Assembly (NCBI GenBank): GCA_964016885.1
Contig: OZ024748.1
Span: 14,508,001-14,572,000, forward strand
From: Eledone cirrhosa
Lineage: Eukaryota
Direction: 5' to 3'
Length of the DNA stretch: 64,000 nucleotides
The stretch's first letter is position 1. Each line of letters starts with the position of its first letter. Below are positions 39,960 to 54,139 of the stretch, piece by piece. The position numbers were made by a program, and so were the translations under genes. The notes beneath the pieces were generated by a model. It had not been told where the DNA came from and ran no database searches. It saw only the letters and a list, made by a program, of their open reading frames with translations.

Positions 39960-40182
39960 TACTGCTGCATTGCTTGGGTTCCTTTCTTTAAACATCTTTT
40001 GCTTTTTTCATTGTTTCTTAACCAATAACATTTAGATATTTTCTGAAGAATTTGTGTGTTTGTGTATATATATATATATATATATATAAGCAGAAGGGAT
40101 ATTCAATTTGTTGGTTATTCAACCAATATAAATGTTTATAACTGATTCAGAGCACTCAACAGATTTTCTGGAGTATAATATT

Positions 40183-40544
40183 CAATGATATTAAATAAAT
40201 GGAAACTATATTTATAAAACCATATTTATTCTATTATATATATTTCAAGGGTACCAAAACTTTGGTACGCTTTCATCAGATAAAATACAAAGTTTGTTTT
40301 ATAAATATTGACATAACCAAGAAAAGATATCTTAACGGTTCAAGTTTTTCTTGGATAAGTTTTCTTGACTATCAAAGAAAAACTTGAACCATTAAGGTAT
40401 CTTTTCTTGGTTATGTCAAAATTTATAAAACAAACTTTCTATTTTATCTGATGAAAGCGTACCAAAGTTTTGGTACCCTTGAAATATATATAATAGAATA
40501 AATATGGTTTTATAAATATAGTTTCCATTTATTTAATATCATTG
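40183..40544. mobile_element. Long fold-back element (about 170-bp arms) with head-to-head hammerhead ribozymes
   Basis: Inverted arms caatgatattaaataaatggaaac.../...gtttccatttatttaatatcattg. Plus strand: CTGATGA 40448-40454, stem II aag-c-gtaccaaa/tttggtac-c-ctt, GAAA-T-ATAT-A-TA 40481-40492, stem I tattttat/atagaata. Mirrored on the minus strand. (TA)n on both sides. Confidence 0.8.
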
Positions 40545-40548
40545 TATG

Positions 40549-40585
<37 letters not shown>

Positions 40586-40648
40586 CTTAAGGTTTGTTGG
40601 TTATATATATATATTCAGAATTATACATAAATATATAAATATATTGTT

Positions 40649-40682
<34 letters not shown>

Positions 40683-40686
40683 TGTT

Positions 40687-40718
<32 letters not shown>

Positions 40719-41585
40719 GCATATGTGTGTGTGTTTGTGATATTAATATACATCATCTTTATTTACTTTGCCTTTCATCCTTACGGGGTCGATAAAATAA
40801 AGTACCAGTAATACACTGGGTAATTGCTGGCCTTGTGCCTAAAGTAGAAACAATTAATATACATTATCAAGCCAAACTTCATAGAATTCAATTATACTTT
40901 ATTTTTATTTTTGTGGTCTAAATAATATCAATGGAATGTTCCACAATCTCTACTATATTATCAATTATTCATTATTCATTAATTTTTTCTCATTGAATTA
41001 GTGTGTAGAAGCTGATATTAATGGCTCTTTTCACATACAAAAGCAGATTAAACCGTTGGATTAAATGTCTGGTGTTTTTATTTCAGCTCTCTGAGTTCAA
41101 GTCCTGCCTACTTCAACTTTGTTATTATTGCATTCTATTTAGAGGTGTAACATAACAATTAATAATAATAAATAAAGTATGCTGATAAGGTGTTACTTGA
41201 AGAGATTAAAGAAGGTATCGAGAGACTATAGAATATAAGTATGTATGTATGATATGGACCTGTAACTCCTAAGGGGGTTAAGAATTCTCAAAGAATGTTT
41301 TGTAACAGTGAGCTTGGATAATATCCATGAGCTTGGCTGGTCACACTTGGGGATCCAGCTGGATCTTTGGAGACGGCTAATTCTGACAGGATGCACACGA
41401 AGGAGTGTTTGAGGACTCTTCCCCCATGACCCTCTCAGGAATAAGTGGGTCAAGAAGAAGAGTTTTAACTGTTTCAGTACTTCTAAAGAAAATCACTTCC
41501 TTCGACTTTCCAATAGATATAAAAATAATCAAGAATTCCGAAAGATTAAATATAACTAACTTTCTTATTATTAAGTTAATGTTTA

Positions 41586-41815
41586 AGGTAGTGGATTGGC
41601 AGTATCATTAGAGCATCAGGCATTATGTTGTGTTTTGGGGCAGACAGTTACAGCCCTTTTCATTCTGAGTTCAAATCTCACCGAGCTTAGCCTTGCATTT
41701 CATCCTTATGAGGGTCGATAAAATAAAGCACCAGTAACATACTGAGGTTGATTTAATCAACTTTCCCCTCCCCAAAAAATTGTTGGCCTTGTGCCTAAGT
41801 CAGAAACCATTATTA
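41586..41815 (+). mobile_element. 7970-family SINE (long-tail variant)
   Basis: gtggattggcagtatc..gagttcaaatc..tttcatccttatgagggtcgataaaataaagcaccag. Confidence 0.75.
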
Positions 41816-42699
41816 AGTTAATGTTCGAAGTATAACAAAAGTTCTTGTATAAAATTATGATGAATGGTTTTTAAATAAATATAAACATATAAACATCTTT
41901 TCATCCTTGTACCAGGAGCAGTGTTAAGTAGTTAGTTATCAAAAGAGTTAAATTATAAAATGTGTTGGTAGTATTATGTTTTATGGTGCTGAAACCTTAG
42001 CTACATATTATACTGGAAGGGAAAAAGAACAACAAAATTTACAGCTCACTCCTATGCAAATTTAGCTGGCATCCTATGAGATTGTGTCTAATAGGTTTGG
42101 GGGGCTTTTTAATAATAAGGGCCCAGTCCTATCACAAAAAGCAATGTAAAATGACGTGTTTTGAACAAGAATATAAAAATTCTGCCTGGTCCAGGATTTG
42201 AATCCATGAACTTATGACCAAAAGTTCAACATTCTAGCCACTAGGCTACATGCTTTCCCCTTACTGGAGATGGTATACAGACAATCGATATTTAGACTAT
42301 ACTTCAGAATCTTAATGTTCTACCTTTAAACTTATTGCATTTATAAAGTCAACAGCTTATTTCCTTTATAAGATACGTGCCTGCTTGCATGCATTTGTGT
42401 GTATGTGTGTGTGCATGTATACATGCCTATGTGCATGCGTTTATATATGTATCTTGTTTGCATATTTATAAATGTGCACGTGTCAACTACATACAAACAG
42501 CTTAATTCGTTTATAGGGAATGTTTGTACGTGCACACATGCAGGTTTGTATGTACATGAATGCATATATATAAGTGTGTGTGCCTTCACATATTTATTTG
42601 CTTATTTATATATGCACACGTGCGAAATCTACACAGTCAGTAGTACCCTGTTCTTATTAACAGATACTTAAATTCAACCTTCTAGCAATTAAGTAAAAG

Positions 42700-42735
<36 letters not shown>

Positions 42736-42869
42736 TTGTACCCATTTTCCTGTAGTTCAGTAGAAGAGGGAGCAGCAATTAAGAGATTTCTCAATCCTGA
42801 TTCACACCGTTTCATCTCTTATGGAATGTCTTGGCTAATTTCATATCACATATCTACTGCTGCTCCTGT

Positions 42870-42897
42870 TGTAGTAGTAGTAGTAGTAGTGGTAGTG

Positions 42898-42960
<63 letters not shown>

Positions 42961-42969
42961 ATAGTAGTG

Positions 42970-43004
<35 letters not shown>
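42870..43004. repeat. (GTA)n microsatellite
   Basis: About 45 units visible directly. Confidence 0.95.
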
Positions 43005-43005
<1 letters not shown>

Positions 43006-45009
43006 AGCTTTGTTGGAGAATATTAAGGTGAACCAGTACTTGAAAGTACATGTGCACATACATATAGATCACACATATATATATATATATATACACATAC
43101 ATACAGATATATATTCATATACACATGCACACACACACACACATATATATATATTGGTACATGTGTGTATGAATATATATATATATATATATATTCATAC
43201 ACACATGTACCAATATATATATATAGAGAGAGAGGGACACATACACATATATACACATTTACTCATATATATATATAGCGTTTAGTGTTTATCTTTGTAT
43301 AAGTAGCTATGTTAATTCCTTCATAATTTGCTTTCTCTTAAAACCATGAAGCATTGTTTAATGTTAATAAAGCCAAATTATTGACTCACATTCAAGGAGC
43401 AAATTTATTTTAATGTTGTCTTTCTTTCATTTTTCATTCCTTCATTGAAAAAAAATATAATAAATAGCTATACATATACACATCATGCCAAAATGTACGC
43501 AGCTTACACAGGAAATTGTTTGTGTAGATGTCATGACAAAAAGCACCCAGCACACATAGTAAATGTGGTTGGCATTAGGAAGGGCATCCAGCTATAGGAA
43601 CCAAGCCAAAATTAGTTCTGTTTGAGCAAGATATGGTCACCTTACCTGGCATTTCTCACAACAGGACAACTCGTCTAACCCATGCTAGTATGGATAAATA
43701 GACCTTAAATGGTGATGGTGATGATGATGATGATGAACTTAGGCATTACTTTAAATATTTCATCAGCTACGTTAACAGTTATCTCTTGTTTCTAATGTTT
43801 TAGCAATTATATTTTTTAAAATTTTGCTAATTCAATATATGGGTGGGGAAAAAAACTCACATACAGATTTGTTTTTGAAGAAAAAGAAAAGACAATCGCT
43901 TGTAGAAGAATGCAAACTAAATTTGGATATACATATATATTATTCAGATGTTCTCAGCACAAAATAGCTTCCTAGAGATAAGTCTACTTCTCTTTGGAAA
44001 ATAAAATTCCATTGAAATTTATGAGACTCATATTTATAGATAAAAGAAAAACTGTTTGTGTGGCTTCATGTTTTTATTTTATCTCTTTACTCTTAAAAAA
44101 TTATTTTACGGGTATTTTTCAAAGCAAGAATTGCTTTTGAAAAATATCAATATTGAGGTCATGAAATTAGCAATTATCATAAATTTTAAGAACTTTCTAA
44201 TGAACCCATACAGGTTCTAATGCAGTTACATGAAGCTTTTATCTTTTGCCAATATATTTTTTGCTGGTTTTATTTAGGTCATTGTTAACCCAGTATTCTC
44301 TCAGCCATTTTGGATATATAAACATGAAGCAAAAACTGCTCTCTCTCTCTCTGTCTCTCTCTCTCTCACAGCTCATTTTGCTACACTTCAAGAGAATGAA
44401 GCAACTAGCTGCTAATCTTTCTAAGCAGGGAATAGAGAATGCAACGCAGAAAACAGAATTGAACATTTTTGATACCAAACCTCCTGAAATTGCCCCTTGT
44501 TCTATGATACAAAACTGTTTCATTTAATGATCCACCATAATCTAATGTAAGAATTGGTGTTCCAAAGAACACCTTAAAAATGAAAATGTTATATCACTAA
44601 ATCCCTCCAAATTCTTGATTATTTTCAAAACTATTTGAAAATCATAGATTGTGTCTTTCATAAAATATATGGTAACACAAGGTCTAAATATGAAGCAGGT
44701 TGCGCTTCATAAGAAATCAGTTACTGTATATATTTGTCAGGAGGGTAACAAAATATCTCCACCAGGTTTATATAAATATGTATATATAATTAAATATATA
44801 ATAATTTCCTGTGATCAATAAATAAATCACATCTTTGCTGTGTAGAAATATCGAAAGCAGTGAAGAGGGTCACTTGGTGTTATGACCTGCCACATGATTT
44901 TGTGTGAGTGAGTGTGGACTGTGTAGTAGAAAATGCAAGCCTAGTGTAATCAGAGCAGGAAGTGTCAAGTGCTAGGTTTATCAACATACTAAACTGTAGG
45001 TTATTTACA

Positions 45010-45308
45010 TTGGAGGCACATGGCCTGCATGGTAAAGATGTTGGACATAATATCATAATGTCATGGGTTCGATTCCTGGACTGGGTTGTGTGTTGTGTTC
45101 TTGAGCAATGCACTTCATTTCATATTGCACCAGTAAGCTCAGCTAAAAGTACGTACCAGCATCAGCCAGGGGTTGAACCAACCCTGCAATGAACTGGCAT
45201 CCTGTCCAGGGGGGGGGGGGTCTTGTACTCTCAGTCACTTCATGCCATGGAAACCAGGATAAACACTGGGCTGATGAGCCTCTGGGTTCAAGATAGACTT
45301 TACACTTT
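45010..45308 (+). mobile_element. tRNA-headed SINE with CORE-like and V-like segments
   Basis: Head tggaggcacatggcc, B box gggttcgattc, gtgttcttgagcaatgcactt, ccctgcaatgaactggcatcctgtccaggg. Minus-strand relatives at about 17880-18060 and 36120-36385. Confidence 0.7.
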
Positions 45309-45944
45309 AGGCACATGCATTAGGTTTAGCTTAGGGTACTAACTATCAAGGCACCATCTTTTACCAAACGTTGTCTAGGAACAAATGTTATTATAAATAT
45401 ATGAATGTTCAATCGTAAGAAATGTCTGTTTAAAAGAGTTTTCCAAACTTTAGTCTCAGTACCATAATTACTTTACTTTATAAATGAAGATTTTAACAAA
45501 TGATTTAGAAATGTTTTGTTGCATCAAACATTAGTAGTGAGACAAAGTTTTAAAATTAATCTTTGAATCTCAAATGGTAATTAAATTGAATCTAGGTTTT
45601 ATTGTGAATAAAGTGAGAGATAATTCTCAAGACCAGTGAATAATAAAATTTCTTAGAAAATGATTTCACTTGTAAAACACTGCCCAGTCAGAAATCTAAT
45701 TAGTAGTAAGAGCAAGTATACTTCTCATTATAACCTCAATATTGCTGTTAGAATCCATTATTGCCAGTATATATTGAAACCAAATATATCTATCACTGCA
45801 ACATATTGAAAGTATATGTATCTATTGCTACTATATACTGCAACAATTTAAACTGAACAACAGCAGCATCAAACACAGCAGACTCAGAGATCCTGTAAAG
45901 GTCATGGTCATAAAACCTTTCCTCTAGACTTAGCAAATAATCAT

Positions 45945-46215
45945 CATTATCATCATCATCATCATCATCAACGTTTAACGTCCGTGTTCCACGCTTGCAT
46001 GGGTTTGGACGGGGGTTTTCCCACTTGAGGCAAGAGTGGTTGTCTTGCTCGCATAGGACTGTCTGGCAGGTTTTCTACAGAAGGATGCCCTTCCTAACAC
46101 CAACCACATTTACAGTGTGGGGCTGGGAGGTTTTTACCGTGTTGTCTACACGGCCACATTACAGCGTGGACTGTGTGTCTTTTGTCGTGACACCTACACG
46201 ATCTCATTTGTTTCG
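45945..46215 (-). mobile_element. SINE 3' portion with RTE tail
   Basis: Near-identical to 14840-15105 and ends at the same nucleotides (atctcatttgtttcg). Confidence 0.75.
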
Positions 46216-46231
46216 AATAATAATAATAATA

Positions 46232-46650
46232 AAGAACACCGAAATGGTGGAAATGAAGGTCAATGGAAACTGGGCACTAAATGGGAGCAAAAACCACTCG
46301 TATGTTCTCTGTAGCAAAGAACCTGATGTAGATCAAACTCAAACTCTAACCCATCAGTGGCTACAGAGTTCTGGGCTAAAAGTAGAGAGTGGGGGCTTTA
46401 TTTTGGCTGTGTCAGACTAGTATCTTTTAACATGCACTTTTTAAAACCATTCTGATCAAAAATTAAACTGATTTTGTGATGATCAAGTTGAGATCATTGA
46501 CCACCTGGTTTCAGATTGCAAAGTATTAGCTCCTGAGGAGCATAAAACTAGGTATGATAGATTTGGGGAATATTTACATTGGGTAATATGCAAGTTTTAT
46601 GGTATAAAAACAGAGAAAGAATGGTACATGCATCACCCAGATGCAGTAAA
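46232..46650 (+). mobile_element. Second R4/Dong-type fragment
   Basis: KWEQKPL, DVDQ..THQWLQSSGLKVESGGFILA, EIIDHLVSDCKVLAPEEHKTRYDRFGEYLHWVICKFYGI..WYMHHP. Preceded by (AAT)n. Confidence 0.75.
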
Positions 46651-47879
46651 GTGGTAGTGCATTTTATCATAGCACCAGCACTACCACATTACACAGAATA
46701 TAGGGTGAATATTATTGTGAGACCACTACTATACACACACACACATCTTATGTAGTCTATCACAAAATAGCATATTATATATCATTCTATTTGTATGTAA
46801 TTCTTCCCGGAGTATCTATCTATATTTGATATATTAACATATTCAGCTCCCAATGATACTCAAACATAACAGACACTATGGACACATATTTCTATTTATA
46901 ACTAAACAGCTATCTATCATAAGATGGTTCGTTAACCATAATCAACTTTAAACTGCCTAAATGTTATGATTAAATGTTGCAAGTATTTTAACAGTACAGT
47001 AGCATATTTAGGAGCTGTTTAAGTATTCCATCTAGATTCATGCAAGAGAATAGTTTTTGCCTTTACAAATATCTATTTATCTTGCTCTTTGTTGTTTTTG
47101 TTGTTATTATTATTATTATCATTAGTATTATAAATGTATTATGCTTAAATTGAGTGGTCACAAAACATTGATTTACAAACTGTCTCCTGGCTAAATCAAT
47201 ATGTATATATGAAACAAAAAAATAGAGAGAGAGAGAGAGAATTATCATATTATTGTTACCATTCTGCATTTCCTCTTTCACTACATTCTTCTATTTCTTA
47301 ACATCACCATTATCATCATCACCATTATCAGCAGTACTTCATAAACTCTATATTCTTATTGAAATGCCTATCAACCTCACCACCATCTCCACTCCACCAT
47401 CCATTCAACCAACGACCCTTACAAAATAATAATAAGTAGTAGAATTCTTCCGCCATTGATTTTATGCTCTTCAGAGCTGAGCTTTTATAGTGTTTCAAGT
47501 ATGACTAAAGAAATTTTCAAAAAGTTGGCAATTATGAAAGCAAGGAAAATGGTTTTGATTTTTTTTTTTTTTTTCATATTTATTTTTATTTTTATTATTC
47601 CTTTTTGTCTCTGCCAGCTATATATTTCACACTTTGAAAACCGATCATGCAGAAAAGGAACATACTAGAAGAAAACTGGAAGGGAGAGAAGAGAGAGAGA
47701 GAGAAAGGGGAGAGAAGGCATGACACATCACTTTATTAGTTCTAACATACTTAAAATATGCTGTTACCACTTAACAGATATTCTTCTTTCTCACCATTCC
47801 CAAAGAATAACACCAATCCTATCAAATTCATGTCATTTCAATAACTTTACACAGCTAATCTTTATATTTCTTTACACAA

Positions 47880-48215
<336 letters not shown>

Positions 48216-48659
48216 AGTTTATATTTTTTTTTAATCTATACTTGTTCCAAAGAAGTTTCAGCAATAGAAGCTGCTGCAAGTTTTAAAGTCTGCAACAATA
48301 GATGACAGAATAGAAGAAATATTTAAAACTTTGTAGCTCTTTTCTACCCATTAGGTAGATCAAGTGTTGGCAAAAATATCATGATTACACATAGACACAT
48401 GTGTACACATACCAATAAACACATGCTAGGGAAATTGTGATAAAGAAGAATATATGTTAAGTGGTAACAGCATATTTAAATGTTTTAAAATTAATAAAGT
48501 GTGTTTATGTATGCAAGCATATACACTCACACACAAATATAGTATCAAACGTTTGATAATCAATAGCCAATACAAGCAATACAGGCATGTAAACACCTAT
48601 AAAAAATGTTAACTACTAGATGCAATTCAACTGGCAAAATCAACTATTATGTTATTCAA

Positions 48660-48960
48660 TTCAACCAATATATATTTTGAATTGAAGTTTTGTTGGTCCA
48701 GTTGATAAATCACACTCCCATTTTACATACAACATTCACAATGTACTATATATTTTGAATTGAAGTTTTCTAGGCCCAGTAAATAGGCAGCCCCTCATGT
48801 TACATAGATTCATCTATGTAGCATATATTTTGGAATTGAGATTTTGTAGGTCCAGTGGAAATGTCGCACTTCCATTTTATATACAACATTTACAATGTAC
48901 CATATATTTTGGAAGTGTGATTTTATATGTCTTGTGGAAACATTGCATGCTGACTTTTAA
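48660..48960. repeat. About 78-bp tandem repeat (4 units)
   Basis: atatattttg(g)aattga.gtttt...gtccagt recurs at about 48668, 48748, 48823 and 48901. Confidence 0.7.
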
Positions 48961-51299
48961 CATTGTCTCTTTGTGAGAAAAGGGAACAATTGAATAATTG
49001 GCAAGGAATAATATTGTTCCTTGTAGCCAGGAAATAATTCTCCAATGTTTCACTCCTGCCCATTAGAATTGCTCTAGCTGTACTAAATTATGTACAAGAT
49101 CCTTGTAACAATCAGATATATATTTGCCATCCAATGAATAATTGACATGCAGCTGCACATCACTCAGCTCTTGGTATTAAACTATTAAGGATTTCGAAAG
49201 GGCATTTCATTGTATCAATCATGGGGGAATTTCATCTCCATTGCACTTATTACCAGAACATCCCATTGATTTATATATGGAGACGGAGAACCTTTCTTTT
49301 AAAAATAAACAAATATAACATTTATTTGTGAATGAAAGTATCTAGATGAAATATGTTCTATCTATGCATATAGGATTGAAAGGACTCTTCAATCTAGTGC
49401 TGATGTCATGACAAAACAGACCCAGTACACTCTGAAATATGACTGAACAGAGATCATATTGAACAGAGATCATATAAAATAGAAACGACTCTCCTGTGTG
49501 GTTGAGTATATGGTAACCACTCTAGTGCTGGTGTCATAACAAAATGAATCCAGAGCACCTGTTAAGTAATTTTATGTCAAGATAAAATGCATTCAATGCA
49601 CGCTGTGAATTAATAGTGTTGATGCCATTATAAAATGCACCTAGTACATTCTGTAAAGTGGTAGTGCTTGTGTCAGGATAAAATGCACCCAGTATACTCT
49701 GTAAATTGGTAGTTTTTGCTCCATGAAGTCACCCAATACACTCTAAAATAGGGTTGGCAATTGAAGAGAGGTGATACAGGATAGGGAGAACTCTCTCAGT
49801 AAATATTGTAAAATAGCTGGTATTAGGAAGGGGATCCAATGTGCGTCTTTTTTTCCCCTATTTTTTTTATCTTGTTTTAACCTCTCACACTCTACTACAA
49901 TTGCCTATCCCTTCTTCCACTTCTTTTCCCTCATTCTGTTTTCTATAACTTATACACACACACACACACACCCATATATATATAAAGAGAGAAAGAGAGA
50001 GAGAGAGAGAGGGAGAGAGAGAGAGAGAGTGTGTGTGTTTGTATGTGTGTGGATATATATATATATATATAATGCAACAATTATAAAATTATTCGTTCTG
50101 TTGGAATAAAGAAAATATAATGTTTAATTATACTTCTGTGCATTTTCACTTTTACTATATATATATATATACATATATATACATACATATATATACATGT
50201 CTAATTCTGTATGAACCAATCCATATGGAATCCCTAATAAACTGAGTGAAAATGAATGGATGGTAGTTCCACCAATTATATTGAAAAAGGAAGATTATGC
50301 TAGAAGACAATATGTCAACATGAATTTGGTTTCTATCATGTACAGAGAAACCACTTAACCCTTTTGTGACCATATTTCTAATGAAATACACACACTATTT
50401 CAATTAATTTAAGAAGAAGTTTTAGAGATGTACAAAACGTATTAATTTTTTTCATTAACATATGGTTCTTATATAAATTTATGTTGAAAGATTTTAATTT
50501 AAACATGAACCCTTTAACCCTTTCATGAAAGTATTTCCATGAATTAATGAAGTATGTTTAGGAATTTCATAAAATCATTAATTATTTCTTCCTCACTATG
50601 ATATTAACTTAATATATGGTTTTCATATTGGAAGATTCTCATATAAATAGGAACCCTTTAGAATAGATGTTTTTTTTTTTTCTTAGAACCAGAGCTTCTT
50701 GGTTTGGTATCATTTTGATAAGAATGAGATACAGTACTGAAATATCTTTCCAGATATTTCATCCTTCACAATATCACACTATCCAGACACATGTAGCATA
50801 CACATATAGTCACTCATACACATTCATACATATATACATAAATGCATATACAACTCCATTCACATTTATACATTCACACACATACATGCATATATACACA
50901 TAAATGCATCTATATTAGAAAATATACCTACATACATCAATGTTCATATACATAAGTACACATATGTACATATACACAGTATTCATACACATATACACAT
51001 ACATACACACAGTACAAATGTGCAAGTTATGTATATAGATGTAAGCAATATATTTCATTTTTCTATATGAATTCATATTCATTGTGATAAACAAAACAGG
51101 AAAGAAACCACATTAAATACAAATTATTATTTGGCCTGTTAAATAGATTGATTTTTTAAATTTAATTTTATTGGAATAAAATAAAATGTACCAGTTGAAC
51201 TTAATCAGTGACAACATATGTTGCTTCTGTCAAAATAAAACTGTTTTATGGAAGAGCTGCATCCAAATATAGCAGAAAATTAATATATGAATATAGTGA

Positions 51300-51725
51300 A
51301 ATATACTTAGTCCACTCTGGCAAATGGTAGTGCTGGTGTCACAATGAAATGAAGCTAGGTCATCAGTAAAGCAGCCATGCACATGCCACAATAAAATTCA
51401 CCCAATTCACTCTATCATATAGTAATGCTGGTGCCATAAAATAATACACCCAGTTCACTCTGTAATATAGCAATGCTTGTGCCATGATAAAATTCACCCA
51501 GTTCACTCTGTAAAGTAGTAATGCTGGTTCCATGATAACATTCACCCAGTTCACTCTGTAAAGTAGTAATGCTGGTGCCATCATAAAATACACCAGTACA
51601 CTCTTTAAAATAGTAGCGCTGGTACCACAATGATATTCACCAGTACAGGCTTAAAGTGATACTGCTGGTGGCCCAATAAAATGTACCCAGTACACTCTGC
51701 AAAGTGGTTATATCTAGGAAAGGCT
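51300..51725. repeat. About 45-bp minisatellite (about 9 units) derived from a SINE internal segment
   Basis: Unit tagtaatgctggtgccatgataaaattcacccagttcactctgtaaag. A looser array of the same unit is at 49395-49840. Confidence 0.85.
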
Positions 51726-52042
51726 TTGAGCCATGAAAACCATGCTAAAATGGAACATATGAGCAGGATATTGTCATCTGATCTATCATGTTTCAGACTT
51801 TGACAACCCATCGAACATAAAATGATAATGATGATAAGACTATATTATTGATTTTACATATTTTCATATCGGCCTTGCTTCTATAAAATACATTTCTTTT
51901 CAATTCGAAATATTCTCAAAATAACTCTGTCTCCCATTACGTTAGTACCTCATTCTATTGTCTTCCAAGTCAATAATTCATGAGAGAATTTAGTAGATGG
52001 AGACTCTTAGGAAATCTATTGGTGTGTGCCTGTACACACACA

Positions 52043-52146
<104 letters not shown>

Positions 52147-52147
52147 G

Positions 52148-52181
<34 letters not shown>

Positions 52182-52194
52182 TATATATATATAT

Positions 52195-52345
52195 ATATTT
52201 ATTAAAATAACAGATTAAAGTTTAAGCAAAGAATCGCTGCTTTCACCCTTAATGGGATCTTCTGAAAAAAAATCTGTTATTTTAATAAATATTTGCTCTA
52301 CGGTTCTTATATATTTGATATATATTTATCCTTATCGAGCCCTCT
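52195..52345. mobile_element. Degenerate fold-back element of the hammerhead class
   Basis: 28-bp inverted arms atatttattaaaataacagatt/aatctgttattttaataaatat. Minus strand caGAAGA-tccc-attaa-gggt-GAAA. Tail ttgctctac...tcgagccctc. Confidence 0.45.
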
Positions 52346-52378
52346 TTGGATTTTAGTCTTCAAATTTATTATTATTAC

Positions 52379-52439
<61 letters not shown>

Positions 52440-52443
<4 letters not shown>

Positions 52444-52650
52444 TGTGCCAAGTAGTTCGAGTGGAAGGATGTATACAGCTCTCACCACTTCCATCAAGGA
52501 AGACCTTGATGGAAGTGGTGAGAGCTGATCTCATATCGCTAAAGCTCACGGAGGTGATAAAAAAAAACAAGTTGCAAGATGCTCTATTCTAGAAGGAACC
52601 GTCCAACCCATGCAAGATTGGAACAATGGACATAAAATGATGAATAATGT
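52440..52650 (+). mobile_element. RTE LINE 3' fragment
   Basis: gtggtgagagctgatctcatatcgctaaagctcacggagg..accgtccaacccatgcaag matches 6635-6745. Confidence 0.65.
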
Positions 52651-53886
52651 GATATACAAACATACATACTTATATATATATATAATAATAATAAGTATCG
52701 TACCAGGAAAAACAGGAATGACTAGGCAGGAAGATTTGGTCAGAAGGAGTTCATTCTTGAACTTATGTTTCTGCACAATAACCGTCTACATGCACACACA
52801 CACATATATATATGTGTTTATACACACATGTATATATATACATATTTACACATAAGTCTGCTAGTATATGTGTCTCTTCTCTTTACATTTGACAGTGCAG
52901 GTGGTGACATTTGTTTATGTTTTATACCAACAGAGATATGAGATGGCTAGTTTGTGTGTGATAAAATTATTATGTATTAATATCATAGAGTCTGTTGTGT
53001 GAAGCTAGAGGTAGAGTAGCAATGATAGACAATCAAAAGTTTAAAAAATAAAACAGTTTGACAAGGATTAAAATAAAGTGCGAAAGTTAGATTTCATGTT
53101 AGAATTATGGAATTATCAATTGGATAATGAATATATTTAAAGATGTCATTTAATATCTGCTTTACTGTTAGAGAGCATATTGACCTTATAGTAAGAGGCC
53201 CTCACTAAAGATAGTTAGAGCTTGTTGGTGCAGCAATAATTATTGTGATTATAGTTGGGGGTTTTTAATCTGAAAATTACTGGGCAATTTTCTTTAATTT
53301 GAAATTATTGAATTTTATTAATTGTCTTCCAAACATGATAAATCTGGCTGAAAGCTATGGCTAAAAATCATGTAATTCCTCACAATTTGAAAGTGGTAGA
53401 GTGACATAAACCATATAGTTACAGACAAATGTCTTGCAACTATTTGTTTTTGTTTTTCAATTTATTCATTAGACTGTGGCCATGCTGGGGCAATGCCTTG
53501 ATCTGGTTGATCATATCAATCCCATTACTAGATTTTCAAGTCTGGTACTTATATTATTGATCTTTCTTTTGTTGAACAGCTATATTGTGGTGCATAAACG
53601 CAACCAGACACAAATATAAACAAAGATAAACAAACACACAGATATATATTTAAAAACGGGGTTAAAGTTCCATGCAAATAAAAAATGATAAGTTGAAAAT
53701 AAAGGCATATATGTGTACAGGTGTATATAAAAATTATGTTTTTCTTTAATCAGACAAAACAAATATATTTACTGGGTTGCGCTTATAAAGTAGTCTTTTA
53801 AAAAAAATGATTTTCTATCAAGTATAGTTATTATTTTGTGTCTTTTTAAAGAATGTGTGTGTGTGTATGTGTATATATATATATAA

Positions 53887-54030
53887 GAAAAGAGTCAGGA
53901 CCCCAACGGCTGAGCTCCGACCGTTTCAACAGCTAGATCTGAACCTTTTTCCTATTACCCGCTATACTACCCCAAGTATCGAGTACTCTGGTGCATTATC
54001 GTCCACCTGGTTCCTTACCACACTTTCTTT
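53887..54030 (+). mobile_element. Internally deleted copy of the 59437/30455 family
   Basis: Left arm gaaaagagtcaggaccccaacggctgagctc joined almost directly to the shared tail (agtatcgagtactctggtgc..gtccacctggttccttaccacac). In (TA)n. Confidence 0.65.
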
Positions 54031-54139
54031 GTTATACACACATATATATATATATAGTTGAAAAGGGGGATATGGAGAGAGAGAAGAGATCTATCACTCT
54101 TTTTCTATTTACATACACACAAATAATAATAATAATAAT

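Noticed and set aside
48960-49290. Faint Helitron-helicase-like words on the minus strand
   Set aside because: Too degenerate, with multiple stops, to support without a search.
51300-51725. Regularly spaced repeats resembling a CRISPR array
   Set aside because: The units are contiguous with no unique spacers, derive from a SINE, have no cas genes nearby, and the context is eukaryotic.
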